A stretch of 64,000 bases of DNA from Candidatus Limihabitans stercoravium (GTDB taxonomy: Bacteria; Bacillota; Clostridia; Christensenellales; CAG-314): positions 15,119-79,118 of the forward strand of contig DVLO01000007.1 in NCBI GenBank assembly GCA_018715495.1, given 5' to 3'. The number at the start of each line of letters is the position of its first letter. The first letter of the stretch is position 1. Under the pieces are notes generated by a model, which saw nothing but the letters and a program-made list of their open reading frames with translations, did not search any database and was not told the DNA's origin. The position numbers were made by a program, and so were the translations under genes. This document shows, piece by piece, positions 1 to 9,632 of the stretch.

Positions 1-29
1 TTGTCGGTCAAAAATTGCGCTGAAAAACA

Positions 30-812
30 TCAATCAAGGTCGTCTGAGACTTCAACCTTGTTGACAATGCCGATTTCTTCGCCGAAATCGTCGCTGTCCT
101 TGTAAACGTCAAGGTGTTCGCTAATGTTGAATGTGTTCCACGGATGTGTGTCGGGCGGATAACTTACAAACACCATGCGTTCCTTACTTACAGGGTGGTC
201 GAATGACAGTTGGTAAGCCCACAATGCAAGGTTTCTGCCCTTTACAATGTCACCGCCGTATCTTGCGTCACCGAACAGAGGGCTGCCGATTGCCTGGAAT
301 TGTACCCTGATCTGGTGGCTTCTGCCCGTTTCCAGTCTGACCTTGACAAGAGCAAGGTTGTCGGCGCTTTCCAACACTTCGTAATCAAGACGTGCGCATT
401 TAGCACCCGTTGTGCCGAATGTAGCAACGTAAACGTTGTTGGTAAGAGCATTTTTCTTCAGGTAATGCACCAGTTCGCCCTTGCGCTGTTTGGGCGGGTT
501 GACAACTGTTGCAAGATACATCTTGTTCATCTTGCCGTCACGGATTTGTTGTGACAGTCTTTCGGCACTCTTGCTGTTGCGTGCAAATACCATCACACCA
601 CCCGTCGGTCTGTCAAGACGGTGAACCAATCCAAGGTACACTTCGCCCGGTTTGTTGTACTTTTCCTTGATGTACTGTTTGAGCAATGTCAACAAGTCAA
701 GGTCGCCCGATGAGTCGGCTTGACTTGGAATATTTTGTGGCTTTACGACAACAAGCACACTGTTGTCTTCGTGCAGTATCTGCACATCGTCCATTGTAAA
801 CTGTTTTCTCAT
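30..812 (-). CDS. RluA-family pseudouridine synthase
   Basis: ORF 30..920 trimmed to the internal ATG (MRKQFTMDD...), which overlaps the upstream stop as ATGA. Motifs HRLDRPTGGVMVFA and GRSHQIRVQF are typical of the RluA/RluD family. Confidence 0.85.
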   Translation of the reverse strand: MRKQFTMDDVQILHEDNSVLVVVKPQNIPSQADSSGDLDLLTLLKQYIKEKYNKPGEVYLGLVHRLDRPTGGVMVFARNSKSAERLSQQIRDGKMNKMYLATVVNPPKQRKGELVHYLKKNALTNNVYVATFGTTGAKCARLDYEVLESADNLALVKVRLETGRSHQIRVQFQAIGSPLFGDARYGGDIVKGRNLALWAYQLSFDHPVSKERMVFVSYPPDTHPWNTFNISEHLDVYKDSDDFGEEIGIVNKVEVSDDLD

Positions 813-1672
813 TTTACCCCCGTAAACAATCCGCTTGCTCCACAGGGCAAAACAATGCCTTCTTCTTCGGTGGGCAAACATACTTCGTACGCCTGAGTTT
901 CTCCCTTGCGTCCGATACATCTGTTCAGAATATTTTTCAACACAGCAGGTTGCAATCCCGTTGTGTAGGAATTGATCAATACAAACAGCGGCTGATCACT
1001 CAATACGTCCTTGCACAAGGTAACGAAATCGGCGATGTCCTCTTCAATCTTCCACACTTCACCGTTGGCTCCTCTACCGTAACTTGGCGGATCCATGATG
1101 ATGGCGTCGTACTTCCTGCCACGGTTGATTTCACGCTTGACGAACTTGCGGCAGTCGTCCACAATGTAACGCACAGGGCAGTGGGAAAGATTGGACAATG
1201 CCATGTTTTCCTTGGCACGTTCTACCATATTGCGTGCAGAGTCAACGTGACAAACGCTTGCGCCCGCAGACGCACACGCAACAGTTGCTCCACCGGTGTA
1301 GGCAAATAAATTCAGCACGCTGATGGGACGGTTGGCATTCTTTATAAGGTCAATCATCATTGCCCAGTTCGCCGCCTGTTCGGGAAACAATCCCGTGTGC
1401 TTAAAACCCATGGGCTTGACGGAAAAAGTCAGGTTTCGCCAACTGACTTTCCAGCTTTCGGGCAGACGTGAGTAGTACTCCCAGTGACCGCCACCGGTGT
1501 CCGAACGCAGGTAGCGTGCGTCCACCTTGGTGATGCTGTCCAAAGGTCTTGCAGGATGCCAGATAACCTGTGGGTCGGGACGTATCAGAACGCAGTCCTT
1601 CCAGCGTTCCAGCTTTTCGCCGTCACCCGTTGCTATTACGGTGTAATCTTTCCATTCATTGTTGATTTTCAT
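809..1672 (-). CDS. Class I SAM-dependent methyltransferase (putative rRNA methyltransferase, RlmI-like catalytic domain without PUA)
   Basis: 287-aa ORF with LFAYTGGATVA (SAM motif I) and IIMDPPSYGRG (motif IV). Translationally coupled to the downstream pseudouridine synthase. Confidence 0.75.
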   Translation of the reverse strand: MKINNEWKDYTVIATGDGEKLERWKDCVLIRPDPQVIWHPARPLDSITKVDARYLRSDTGGGHWEYYSRLPESWKVSWRNLTFSVKPMGFKHTGLFPEQAANWAMMIDLIKNANRPISVLNLFAYTGGATVACASAGASVCHVDSARNMVERAKENMALSNLSHCPVRYIVDDCRKFVKREINRGRKYDAIIMDPPSYGRGANGEVWKIEEDIADFVTLCKDVLSDQPLFVLINSYTTGLQPAVLKNILNRCIGRKGETQAYEVCLPTEEEGIVLPCGASGLFTGVK

Positions 1673-1761
1673 AATATATTAATTATATATCAGGCAAGCA
1701 ATTTTAACAAGCAAACGCACGCAATTTGTTGAAATGCACTGCTTGTACCCTACTTATACAC

Positions 1762-1797
1762 AAAAAAAAATGCGGTTACATTGTGTTGCAACCGCAT
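1762..1797 (-). terminator. Intrinsic terminator after ileS
   Basis: Minus-sense hairpin atgcggtt...aaccgcat followed by a run of 9 T, 10 nt after the ileS stop. Confidence 0.8.
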
Positions 1798-1807
1798 TTG
1801 TAGTTGT

Positions 1808-4800
1808 TTAGTTGTTGCTCTTGGAAAGTGCCAGTGTCAGGCTGTGACCGTTGACATCCCATTGCTTTACAAACTGACCTTCGTTGCCTTCTTCCAGAGT
1901 GTCGGCAAGAGTGTCTTTTCTTATGTCGCAAGCAAATTTTTCCATTACTGCCTTCAATGTTTCGTCAGCCATGTAACGGATGTTGATGTGGTCGGTTACG
2001 ACAAAGTCGCTTTCCTTACGCATTGTCTGAATCTTGGAAACAATTTCACGTTCAAGACCTTCGGCAATCAGTTCGTCGTTCAGTCTTACGTCAAGTACTA
2101 CCGTTACACCGTGGTCAGACGCAACGCAGTAACCTTCGGCGTTGGCACTGCTGATGAGTACGTCATCTGCTGTAAGTTCTACCTTTGTTCCGTTGACTTC
2201 CATTGTATAGGTTTGACCGTTGTTTACTGTGTTGACAAGTTGAGTTGCTTCGTCGCCCAATGTAGCAAGACGTTCACGGATTGCGCCCAGGATCTTTCCG
2301 TACTTGGGACCCATTGTGCGCAGTTGCGGTTTTACTTCGTAACGGGCAAATTGCGACAGGTTGTCGGCACACAGCAGTTGCTTTACGTTGAGTTCATCAC
2401 AAACGACATCTGCCATTTCCTTGGACAACTGTTCGCCTACAAGATACATTGTTGCAAGCGGTTGTCTGTTCTTGACGTTTGCGCTGTTACGTGCACTCCT
2501 TCCCAACACTACAATGTCAAGTACGTGTTCCATTTCACGGTTGAGTTCCGTGTCAATTGCCTTGTCATCTGCAACGGGGAAATCACACAGATGTACAGAC
2601 TTAGGAGCATCGGGGAAGAATTCCGGCACAAGGTTGAGGTAAATGCTTTCGGAGATAAAGGGTACGAACGGTGCTGAAACCTTAGCAAGAGTGACCAGCA
2701 CTGTGTACAGTGTCATGTAAGCGGATTGCTTGTCATCCGTCCATTCGCTGCCCCAGTATCTTTCACGGCAACGTCTTACGTACCAGTTACTGAGCATGTC
2801 GGTAAACTTTTCGATAGCACGGGCGGAATCTATAATTTCGTAGTTTGTCAGTCCGTTGTCCACCGTCTTGATGAGCTGATTGAGTTCGGACAAAATCCAC
2901 TTGTCCATGACAGTCAGCTTGCAGTCCGACAGTTTGTACAGTGACGGATCGAAGTTGTCGATGTCGGCATACAGTACGAAGAATGCGTAGGTATTCCACA
3001 ACGTTCCCAGGAAACGGCGTTGAGTTTCCGACACTGCATTGTCGTAGAAACGACTGGGCAACCAAGGTGCGCTTGCTGTGTAGAAATACCATCTTACGGC
3101 GTCTGCGCCCTGCTTGTTGAAACTGTCCCAGGGATTTACTACATTGCCCTTGTGTTTACTCATCTTGACACCGTGTTCGTCGCCTACAAGACCTAAAACG
3201 ATACAGTTCTTGAAAGGTGCTTTTTCGAACAACAATGTGGAAATTGCAATCAGTGTATAGAACCAACCTCTTGTCTGGTCAACTGCTTCGCTGATGAAGT
3301 CGGCGGGGAAGTTCTTTTCGAACAAGTCCTTGTTTTCGAACGGGTAATGGAATTGTGCGTAAGGCATGCTACCGCTGTCAAACCAACAGTCGATTACCTC
3401 AGGTGTACGGTGCATTGTACCGCCGCAATCACATTTCCATGTAACGTTGTCGATAAACGGGCGGTGAAGTTCAATGTTCTTGTCGCATCCCGAAAGGTTG
3501 GACAATTCTTCACGGCTTCCCACAACGTGAACCTTGCCGCACTTGTCACAGATCCATACAGGCAACGGAGTTCCCCAGTATCTGTCACGGGAAATACCCC
3601 AGTCGATTACGTTTTCAAGGAAATTGCCCATACGTCCCGAACCGATTGTAGGCGGAATCCAGTTGATTGTGCTGTTTACCTTCAACAGTTTGTCCTTGAC
3701 CGCCGTCATCTTGACAAACCATGACTTACGTGCGTAGTAAATCAACGGAGTGTCACAACGCCAGCAGTGAGGATAGCTGTGTTCGTACATCAGTTCCTTG
3801 AACAGAGTGCCGTTTTCCTTCATCATCTTCAGGATGATTTTGTCAGCCTGCTTGCAGAACACACCTGTAAGTTCACCGCAACCTTCGACAAACTTACCGT
3901 CTTCGCCTACCATCTGAACGAAGGGAAGGTTGTACTGTCTGCCGACATTAGCGTCTTCTTCACCGAATGCGGGAGCAATGTGAACAATACCTGTACCGTC
4001 TGTCAATGTGACGTATTCGGCATTGGTTACGTAGTAGCAATCGCCGTCGGGATGAGCGTAGTCAAACAAAGGAAGGTAACGAACGTGTTCGTAATCCTTA
4101 CCCTTCTTGACGTCAATAATTGTGTAAGTGCCTTCTTCGAAATGCTTACTGATGAGTTCCTTGGCAAGAATGTATCTTGAACCTTCGCTTTCGATAAGTG
4201 CGTAGTCGTATTCACTGTTCATGCACAGTGCAACGTTGCTGGGCAATGTCCAAGGTGTTGTCGTCCATGCAAGGAAGTAGGTGTTTTCGCTGTCGGCAAG
4301 ACGGAACTTGGCAACTGCACTCTTTTCCTTGACGTCCTTGTAACCTTGTGCCACTTCGTGAGAGGACAACGCTGTTCCGCAACGTGGACAGTAGGGAACA
4401 ATCTTGAATCCCTTGTACAACAATCCCTTGTCGTAGATGGTCTTCAATGCCCACCATTCCGATTCGATGTAGTTGTTGTCGTAGGTAACATATGGATTTT
4501 CCATATCAGCCCAGTAGGCAACACGGTCGGAAAGTTCTTCCCATTCCTTCTTGTACTTCCACACGCTTTCCTTACACTTGGAAATAAACGGTTCGATACC
4601 GTACTTTTCAATTTGTTGTTTTCCGTCAATACCAAGCAGTTTTTCCACTTCCAGTTCGACGGGCAGACCGTGAGTATCCCAACCTGCCTTACGCAATACG
4701 TGGTAACCCTTCATCACCTTGAAACGGGGAATGAGGTCCTTGATGGAACGTGTCAGAACGTGTCCGATGTGAGGCTTGCCGTTAGCTGTTGGCGGGCCGT

Positions 4801-4933
4801 CGTAGAAACTGAAACTTTCCTTGCCCTTGTTGGCGGTTTGCTCGAAAATCTTGTTTTCCTTCCAGTACTTCAATACTTCAAGTTCTCTTGAAACGAAATT
4901 CAGTCCTGTGGATACCTTCTTGTACTTAGACAT
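1808..4933 (-). CDS. ileS: Isoleucine--tRNA ligase (type 2, about 1040 aa)
   Basis: ORF 1808..5014 trimmed to MSKYKKVSTGLNF with GGAG upstream. Contains the HIGH-type motif (PTANGKPHIGH) and KMSKS (VKMSKHKGN). Strong class I editing-synthetase similarity throughout. Confidence 0.95.
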   Translation of the reverse strand: MSKYKKVSTGLNFVSRELEVLKYWKENKIFEQTANKGKESFSFYDGPPTANGKPHIGHVLTRSIKDLIPRFKVMKGYHVLRKAGWDTHGLPVELEVEKLLGIDGKQQIEKYGIEPFISKCKESVWKYKKEWEELSDRVAYWADMENPYVTYDNNYIESEWWALKTIYDKGLLYKGFKIVPYCPRCGTALSSHEVAQGYKDVKEKSAVAKFRLADSENTYFLAWTTTPWTLPSNVALCMNSEYDYALIESEGSRYILAKELISKHFEEGTYTIIDVKKGKDYEHVRYLPLFDYAHPDGDCYYVTNAEYVTLTDGTGIVHIAPAFGEEDANVGRQYNLPFVQMVGEDGKFVEGCGELTGVFCKQADKIILKMMKENGTLFKELMYEHSYPHCWRCDTPLIYYARKSWFVKMTAVKDKLLKVNSTINWIPPTIGSGRMGNFLENVIDWGISRDRYWGTPLPVWICDKCGKVHVVGSREELSNLSGCDKNIELHRPFIDNVTWKCDCGGTMHRTPEVIDCWFDSGSMPYAQFHYPFENKDLFEKNFPADFISEAVDQTRGWFYTLIAISTLLFEKAPFKNCIVLGLVGDEHGVKMSKHKGNVVNPWDSFNKQGADAVRWYFYTASAPWLPSRFYDNAVSETQRRFLGTLWNTYAFFVLYADIDNFDPSLYKLSDCKLTVMDKWILSELNQLIKTVDNGLTNYEIIDSARAIEKFTDMLSNWYVRRCRERYWGSEWTDDKQSAYMTLYTVLVTLAKVSAPFVPFISESIYLNLVPEFFPDAPKSVHLCDFPVADDKAIDTELNREMEHVLDIVVLGRSARNSANVKNRQPLATMYLVGEQLSKEMADVVCDELNVKQLLCADNLSQFARYEVKPQLRTMGPKYGKILGAIRERLATLGDEATQLVNTVNNGQTYTMEVNGTKVELTADDVLISSANAEGYCVASDHGVTVVLDVRLNDELIAEGLEREIVSKIQTMRKESDFVVTDHINIRYMADETLKAVMEKFACDIRKDTLADTLEEGNEGQFVKQWDVNGHSLTLALSKSNN

Positions 4934-5231
4934 TTTTACTCCTTGTGGGTTTCCCCTGTTAAAATAAAAAAAACTCCGTCGTTTGAAACAACGGAGTTGT
5001 ACTGCCATTACCATTCAAAACGATTAGGGGTGCGACAGCGGATTGTCCGCCATGATACCCTGTTTCTGTGACGGGAAACACCCGTACAAAACTACTTGCA
5101 CTACTGCTTTGGCTTTGTCTGCTCAATCGGTGATAATCTGCTGCGCTCCGTGATGTGTTTACACCAACCACACACTCTCTGTGCACGGTTTACGCACGAC
5201 CTTGTCCGCTTCAACGCATTTGTTAAGTTGT
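4934..5231 (-). promoter_or_regulatory. Probable T-box leader (Ile specifier AUC) upstream of ileS
   Basis: The minus-sense leader has an AGAGAG box, a GGTGTAAAC distal-loop-like element, AGTA boxes, a candidate specifier ATC followed by A, and a UGGU-containing segment next to a terminator hairpin. The 14-nt T-box core is non-canonical, so confidence is moderate. Confidence 0.55.
4965..4998 (-). terminator. Leader terminator of the ileS T-box
   Basis: Minus sense aactccgt-tgtttcaaacg-acggagtt followed by 8 T, 30 nt upstream of the ileS RBS. Confidence 0.8.
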
Positions 5232-5237
5232 ATTTAC

Positions 5238-5266
5238 ATTTTACCGATTTGTAACCGTTTTGTCAA
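5238..5266 (-). promoter_or_regulatory. Sigma-A-type promoter for the ileS leader
   Basis: Minus sense TTGACA, 17 nt, TAAAAT. Confidence 0.6.
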
Positions 5267-5286
5267 CAGTTACGGCACTGTTTATA

Positions 5287-5493
5287 TCAGTGACCTTTCT
5301 TGGTAAGTTTCTTCTTGTTGCCGTGTTCGTCCATGATGTACACGTTGTCCAACGTCTGCTGAACACCTACACGCCATTCGGCAATGTACTCCGCACGAAG
5401 ATCGGCTTGTTCCTTCTTTTCTTCTTCTGTAAGACCTTCCGTCTTGCTCTTGTGTGCAAGTTCGTTGATACGTTGCAGCTTACTTTCCTGCAT
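5287..5493 (-). CDS. UPF0291/DUF896 family small protein (YnzC-like)
   Basis: 68 aa. RINELAHKSKTEGLTEEEKKEQADLRAEYI matches the conserved helical core of the DUF896 family. Confidence 0.8.
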   Translation of the reverse strand: MQESKLQRINELAHKSKTEGLTEEEKKEQADLRAEYIAEWRVGVQQTLDNVYIMDEHGNKKKLTKKGH

Positions 5494-5512
5494 GATGTCC
5501 TCCGTGATTAAA

Positions 5513-6157
5513 TCAATTGTCTATGTATTTCTTGACCAGTTTCTGGTACTCATCCTGGGTAATTGCCTTTGCTTCAAGCAATCTCTTTAACTGTTGCAGT
5601 TTACTTGCCAGTTGTTTGTCCTTTTCGGCGCTTCCATCTGTACGTGTGGCAACGGAAGTCACGCTGTGTTCAGTGCGTCTGTTGTTGTGTTCCGCCCTGC
5701 GCTTGTCACTTTTTACAGCAAGCGAACCCAACGAAAACAACATTACACAACCCATTACAAATATCGTTCCGAACAACACCATCAATTCCACGCCGAAGGA
5801 TTGCTGGTAAAGAAAAACGCACGCAAGACTCAATGCGGAAGTGACAATGGCAAGAATATTAGCAATGACATACTTTACAGCCCTTTTTCGTGGAGCGGAC
5901 AACAACACAATACCGCACGTTACCAGCAGCACTGCAGGAAGTCCTCCGAACATCCACATGAACAATTGGGTGTTGATGTGAAGGTTGTGCGACGCTACAA
6001 CAAGATTGTTGAACATTTCAATCAACGGATTTCCCAACTGTTGATGGTCTACATACAACGGGATTACAGCCAGTACCGTGAAACTGAACAGCAATACTGC
6101 GCCGAAAAAACAGAAAATTCCCGAAGAAATCTGCATTGCTCTTTTCAACTCCTTCAT
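5513..6157 (-). CDS. Multi-pass membrane protein with C-terminal SHOCT domain
   Basis: ORF trimmed to MKELKRAMQ with GGGGGTGG upstream. Has 4-5 hydrophobic helices and the C-terminal segment LQQLKRLLEAKAITQDEYQKLVKKYI, a SHOCT-like short C-terminal domain. Confidence 0.7.
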   Translation of the reverse strand: MKELKRAMQISSGIFCFFGAVLLFSFTVLAVIPLYVDHQQLGNPLIEMFNNLVVASHNLHINTQLFMWMFGGLPAVLLVTCGIVLLSAPRKRAVKYVIANILAIVTSALSLACVFLYQQSFGVELMVLFGTIFVMGCVMLFSLGSLAVKSDKRRAEHNNRRTEHSVTSVATRTDGSAEKDKQLASKLQQLKRLLEAKAITQDEYQKLVKKYIDN

Positions 6158-6241
6158 GTGCCACCCCCTGTAACAAAAAAAGTACAATACCTATAATATT
6201 GTACAGGTATTGTACCACTTTTATTTATATTTGGCAACTTT

Positions 6242-7573
6242 TCATTGTGTTTTTTGACCGTGTACCGCTCCGTCCAGGACATCCCAGAAAGATTTCGTCA
6301 CATCTGCCTGAGTAAATGTATCGCCCTTGACTGTGTAGTTGTCCTTGTCCTTGCCAACCAACGTGATGTCGGTAATTCGTACGCTCTTGTTTGTGCCGCC
6401 GTCAGCATCGGAAAACTGTGCAGTATATCCGCCCACCGTTACATTGTCTCCTTCCACTACGCCTTCAAGGTGTGCAGTACCTACCACAGTCACGTTTTTA
6501 GTACCGTCATACATCTTGTTTTGCGCCTGAAGTCCTTTCAGATACAATGGTTTTGGCGTAATTTCCACGCTACCGCCTTCAATGACGTAATTGTCCTTAC
6601 TCTTGCCTCCAAGCACCACGCTTGAAATGTCTATCGGCTGATTGCCCACGTCCTTGCATTTCACGGACAGGCTTTCCACACGCAAGTCATCTCCTCTGAT
6701 GACATCAAGCACCACGCTTGCTGCATCCACCTTTGTTGTTCCGTCGTACTGACGTGAAAGTCCCTCAATTTTCAAAGGACGTGGTACAATTTCAAGTGTA
6801 CCTTCCGTCACCCGGCTTTCGCATCCTTCCACCGAAACGGTAATGGGGTAAGTACCGACACAAGGTTTGTTTCCGCAGTCGCACGTTACATTTACAGAAA
6901 TACCGTGCGGTTCAAGTTCCCAGTCCATACCGTTTGCAGTATAGGTCAATTTCGGAATACTGTCGCCGTACACAACCACAAGGTTGTCGGCAGTAACTTC
7001 CAGTAGCGGTTCGCCCACTTCTACGTCGGAAGTACGTGACAATCTGTTACCGATGTCAACACGCACTCTGTATTTGCCTGCCTTAGGGAAAATGTAATCG
7101 AATTCGTAACTGCCGTCACTCTTGTAAACATCCCCCTGTACCTTTACTCCGTCAACGTACCAGTTGATTTCCTCTCCCTCTGTAAGATGCATTGTATCCT
7201 GACGTGTAAGTGTAAAGTGCTGCGTTGCGCCTGCACGTCCATTTCCTTCAACATTCAAAGGTACAAAAACCTTGTCGGTAAACGCCGATATAAACGCCCA
7301 TATCAAAAGCCCAAGAATGACTGCCAGCGCCGCAATACCGATTACCGCCGACAACACACCGTTTTTCTTGGTAACGGGCACTGCCCGTTCGTGAGCTTCA
7401 ACAATGGCACTCTGTTCCGCCTTTTTGGTTGTTTTAGTGCCGTCCGCCGACTTGGCAACGGATTTCTTTACCGTCGTCTTTTTGTCTGCGCTCTTACTTT
7501 TCTTTTCCGAAGTATTCTTATCAGACCGTGCCGCCGTTTTTTCCGCCGACTCCGTCTTGCTGTTTTTTGCCAT
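6242..7573 (-). CDS. Membrane-anchored surface protein with MBG (YDG-type) adhesin domains
   Basis: ORF 6242..7825 trimmed to MAKNSKTE with AAGGGGG upstream. Lys/Ser/Thr-rich N-terminal tail, one TM helix, an Ig/PKD-like segment, then repeated YDGT...KDNY(V/T) modules typical of MBG domains. Confidence 0.75.
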   Translation of the reverse strand: MAKNSKTESAEKTAARSDKNTSEKKSKSADKKTTVKKSVAKSADGTKTTKKAEQSAIVEAHERAVPVTKKNGVLSAVIGIAALAVILGLLIWAFISAFTDKVFVPLNVEGNGRAGATQHFTLTRQDTMHLTEGEEINWYVDGVKVQGDVYKSDGSYEFDYIFPKAGKYRVRVDIGNRLSRTSDVEVGEPLLEVTADNLVVVYGDSIPKLTYTANGMDWELEPHGISVNVTCDCGNKPCVGTYPITVSVEGCESRVTEGTLEIVPRPLKIEGLSRQYDGTTKVDAASVVLDVIRGDDLRVESLSVKCKDVGNQPIDISSVVLGGKSKDNYVIEGGSVEITPKPLYLKGLQAQNKMYDGTKNVTVVGTAHLEGVVEGDNVTVGGYTAQFSDADGGTNKSVRITDITLVGKDKDNYTVKGDTFTQADVTKSFWDVLDGAVHGQKTQ

Positions 7574-7623
7574 AACATACCCCCTTTTTGCCATTAGTTT
7601 GGGAAGTTGACGCAAAAATATAC

Positions 7624-7652
7624 AAAAAAAAACGCAACCACACGGTTGCGTT
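7624..7652 (-). terminator. Intrinsic terminator after SRP RNA
   Basis: Minus sense aacgcaacc-gtgt-ggttgcgtt followed by 9 T. Confidence 0.8.
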
Positions 7653-7661
7653 GTGTATTCG

Positions 7662-7931
7662 AAACACTGTGCGTTACGGTTGACAAGATACGCCGAAACG
7701 GTATCTGTACAGGTGGCTACTTCAAAGCACCCTCGTGGCACACGCCTAAATCTGCTTAGTGCTGCTGTATCCCTACCCTGACACGGTTCACAGCAAGGCA
7801 TTGCACAAGACCTTGATATCAACACTCCTTATACATTCCAGCTTTCCACGCACCAGGCCGTCCGTAACTTTCAGCCTCGCTGTAGTGGATTGCGAGTAAC
7901 AGGGCACCACTAGCTCCCCGCCTAGCACAGT
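7662..7931 (-). ncRNA. ffs: Signal recognition particle RNA, long (Bacillus-type, Alu-domain-containing) form, about 270 nt
   Basis: Minus sense reads ...GTGCTAGGCGGGGAGCTAGTGGTGCCCTGTTACTCGCAATCCACTACAGCGAGGCTGAA... and ...GTGTTGATATCAAGGTCTTGTGCAATGCCTTGCTGTGAACCGTGTCAGGGTAGGGATACAGCAGCACTAAGCAG... These align block for block with my recollection of B. subtilis scRNA (5' Alu domain, and the domain IV GGAA/AGCA symmetric-loop region). The 5' and 3' ends pair (actgtgc/gcacagt). It has its own promoter and terminator. Confidence 0.9.
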
Positions 7932-7937
7932 ATATTT

Positions 7938-7966
7938 ATTATACCCTATATGATGATTTTTAGCAA
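7938..7966 (-). promoter_or_regulatory. Sigma-A-type promoter for SRP RNA
   Basis: Minus sense TTGCTA, 17 nt, TATAAT. The predicted start lies about 7 nt downstream, at the 5' end of the SRP RNA homology. Confidence 0.65.
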
Positions 7967-7994
7967 CAGTTTTTGTAAAAATGTTGCAACTGCA

Positions 7995-8696
7995 CTACAT
8001 CAATTTGCCTATTTCCTTGCGCAGACGACAGATTATCTTCTTCTCAAGGCGTGAAATGTAGGATTGAGAGATTCCCAGAAGATCGGCAACTTCCTTCTGC
8101 GTGCGCTCTTCGCAGCCCAGTCCGAAACGCATTTCTATGATTTGTTGTTCACGCATGGACAGTTTGTTGAGTCCCTCCATGAGCAACTGACGTTCAACCT
8201 GATTTTCCACATGGTTGTACACTTCTTCGCTTTCAGTGCCCAGAATGTCCCCCAGCAACAACTCATTACCTTCGCCGTCCACGTTCAACGGTTCGTCCAA
8301 CGAAATTTCCATGCGCCGTCTGTTGACCTTTCTCAGATACATCAGTATTTCGTTTTCGATGCAACGACTTGCGTAGGTTGCCAACTTGATGTTTTTATCG
8401 GGATTGTAACTGTTGACTGCCTTTATAAGCCCAATTGTACCCACCGACACAAGGTCTTCCATCTCCAGTCCAGTACTTTCAAACTTTTTGGCAAGATAAA
8501 CTACAAGTCGAAGGTTGTGTTCTACAAGTTTGTCACGTGCCGCTCCGTCTCCGCTTATGCTTTGCCTTATGTACTGTTGTTCCGTTTCAGCATCCAGAGG
8601 TTGCGGCAAGGCTTCGTTTCCGCATATGTAGTTTACAACGCTGTCTGTAAGTCCTATCTTCTTAAATACCTTTACAAGTAAATCAATCAATTTCAT
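7995..8696 (-). CDS. sigE: Sporulation sigma factor pro-sigma-E
   Basis: 233 aa. [42 protein letters not shown] and [14 protein letters not shown] are near-identical to conserved SigE blocks. An N-terminal pro-sequence is present, and the gene lies directly downstream of spoIIGA. Confidence 0.92.
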   Translation of the reverse strand: MKLIDLLVKVFKKIGLTDSVVNYICGNEALPQPLDAETEQQYIRQSISGDGAARDKLVEHNLRLVVYLAKKFESTGLEMEDLVSVGTIGLIKAVNSYNPDKNIKLATYASRCIENEILMYLRKVNRRRMEISLDEPLNVDGEGNELLLGDILGTESEEVYNHVENQVERQLLMEGLNKLSMREQQIIEMRFGLGCEERTQKEVADLLGISQSYISRLEKKIICRLRKEIGKLM

Positions 8697-9480
8697 TTTC
8701 CACCTCCGAAAAGCTGCCGTTCAACAGTAATCCGTACTGTACGTTTGTTTTGTTGTTGGGAAGCGCAATGTAGACATCCACCCACCGTCCCCGATACATC
8801 ACCTTTGACGGTATAGCAACGGTACTCTGTCGGGAAGTAAGCGTATTGTACTGCACCGTCACACACTTACCACGAACCATCATTTCCGCCATGTATTCGA
8901 TCACCTTACTGCGCAGAGCATTCATTGCAAAACACACGGCAATTCCGTCATGAGTGAGAGTGTTTCCGCTGTCCACGAATCCCTGTGAAGAAATGACGCT
9001 GTTGCCCAGTTGAACCTTGATGTCGACAATATTGGTCAATGAATGACGTGCTGAAATGTAACTCTTTACGTATCCGACAAGACAAATGACAGCAATAATT
9101 CCCAAGAGATAAAGTCCCAACGGAACACTGTTGTAATTCAACGCTCCGTCGTAGGTAAACTCCACTTTAAACAGGTAAAACAGCCCTACAATCACACCGC
9201 CCGTTGCGAATGTATAAGCCATCACTGTGATTATGTACAAGAGCAACTTTGTTCTTCCCACAACGGCAACACACATTGCAACCAACATCAATGTTTTGAC
9301 AAGAATTGTCCACCATCCCTCAAGGTACACCGAAACAAATGCAGTTGCAGTGCCCACTATTGCGCCCAACAATATCCGCCATTTTTTCGGGCAAAGTTTG
9401 AGCGTTCTGGCACTTGCCCACAACACCAGTGCGTCAAATGTCATGTTGTCCGCAATTACATATTCTACATATACTACCAT
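8683..9480 (-). CDS. spoIIGA: Sigma-E processing peptidase SpoIIGA
   Basis: 265 aa with 5 TM segments and the aspartic-protease motif [10 protein letters not shown]. Overlaps the sigE start by 14 nt. Confidence 0.88.
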   Translation of the reverse strand: MVVYVEYVIADNMTFDALVLWASARTLKLCPKKWRILLGAIVGTATAFVSVYLEGWWTILVKTLMLVAMCVAVVGRTKLLLYIITVMAYTFATGGVIVGLFYLFKVEFTYDGALNYNSVPLGLYLLGIIAVICLVGYVKSYISARHSLTNIVDIKVQLGNSVISSQGFVDSGNTLTHDGIAVCFAMNALRSKVIEYMAEMMVRGKCVTVQYNTLTSRQSTVAIPSKVMYRGRWVDVYIALPNNKTNVQYGLLLNGSFSEVENEID

Positions 9481-9554
9481 CCTTTACAAAATAAAACTTA
9501 CAACGACAGTAAACTTGGAAAATTTTGTAAAATTGCAAGACATATTGTAAAACG

Positions 9555-9587
9555 CAAGGAGCAACGTCATCATGACATTGCTCCTTG
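9555..9587 (-). terminator. Hairpin downstream of the M23 peptidase gene (weak terminator)
   Basis: Minus sense caaggagcaa-tgtcatgatgac-gttgctccttg followed by cgTTTTac. The U-tract is short. Confidence 0.45.
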
Positions 9588-9632
9588 AATATAAAATACT
9601 TAAATTAAATTTGGTCTTGTTGACTACAGATG

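Noticed and set aside
5023-5041. Plus-strand string attaggggtgcgacagcgg, which resembles the T-box core AATTAGGGTGGTACCGCGG.
   Set aside because: It is on the wrong strand for ileS, and no plus-strand gene or terminator follows it. I treat it as a chance resemblance within stems of the minus-strand leader.
4959-5186. 75-aa minus-strand ORF upstream of ileS.
   Set aside because: It lies inside the ileS leader/terminator structure, has no RBS, and its product is low-complexity.
7574-7825. N-terminal extension of ORF 6242..7825 (MLISRSCAMPCCEPCQGRD...).
   Set aside because: The extension runs through the SRP RNA gene and its terminator. The internal ATG at 7573 has a strong GGGGG RBS.
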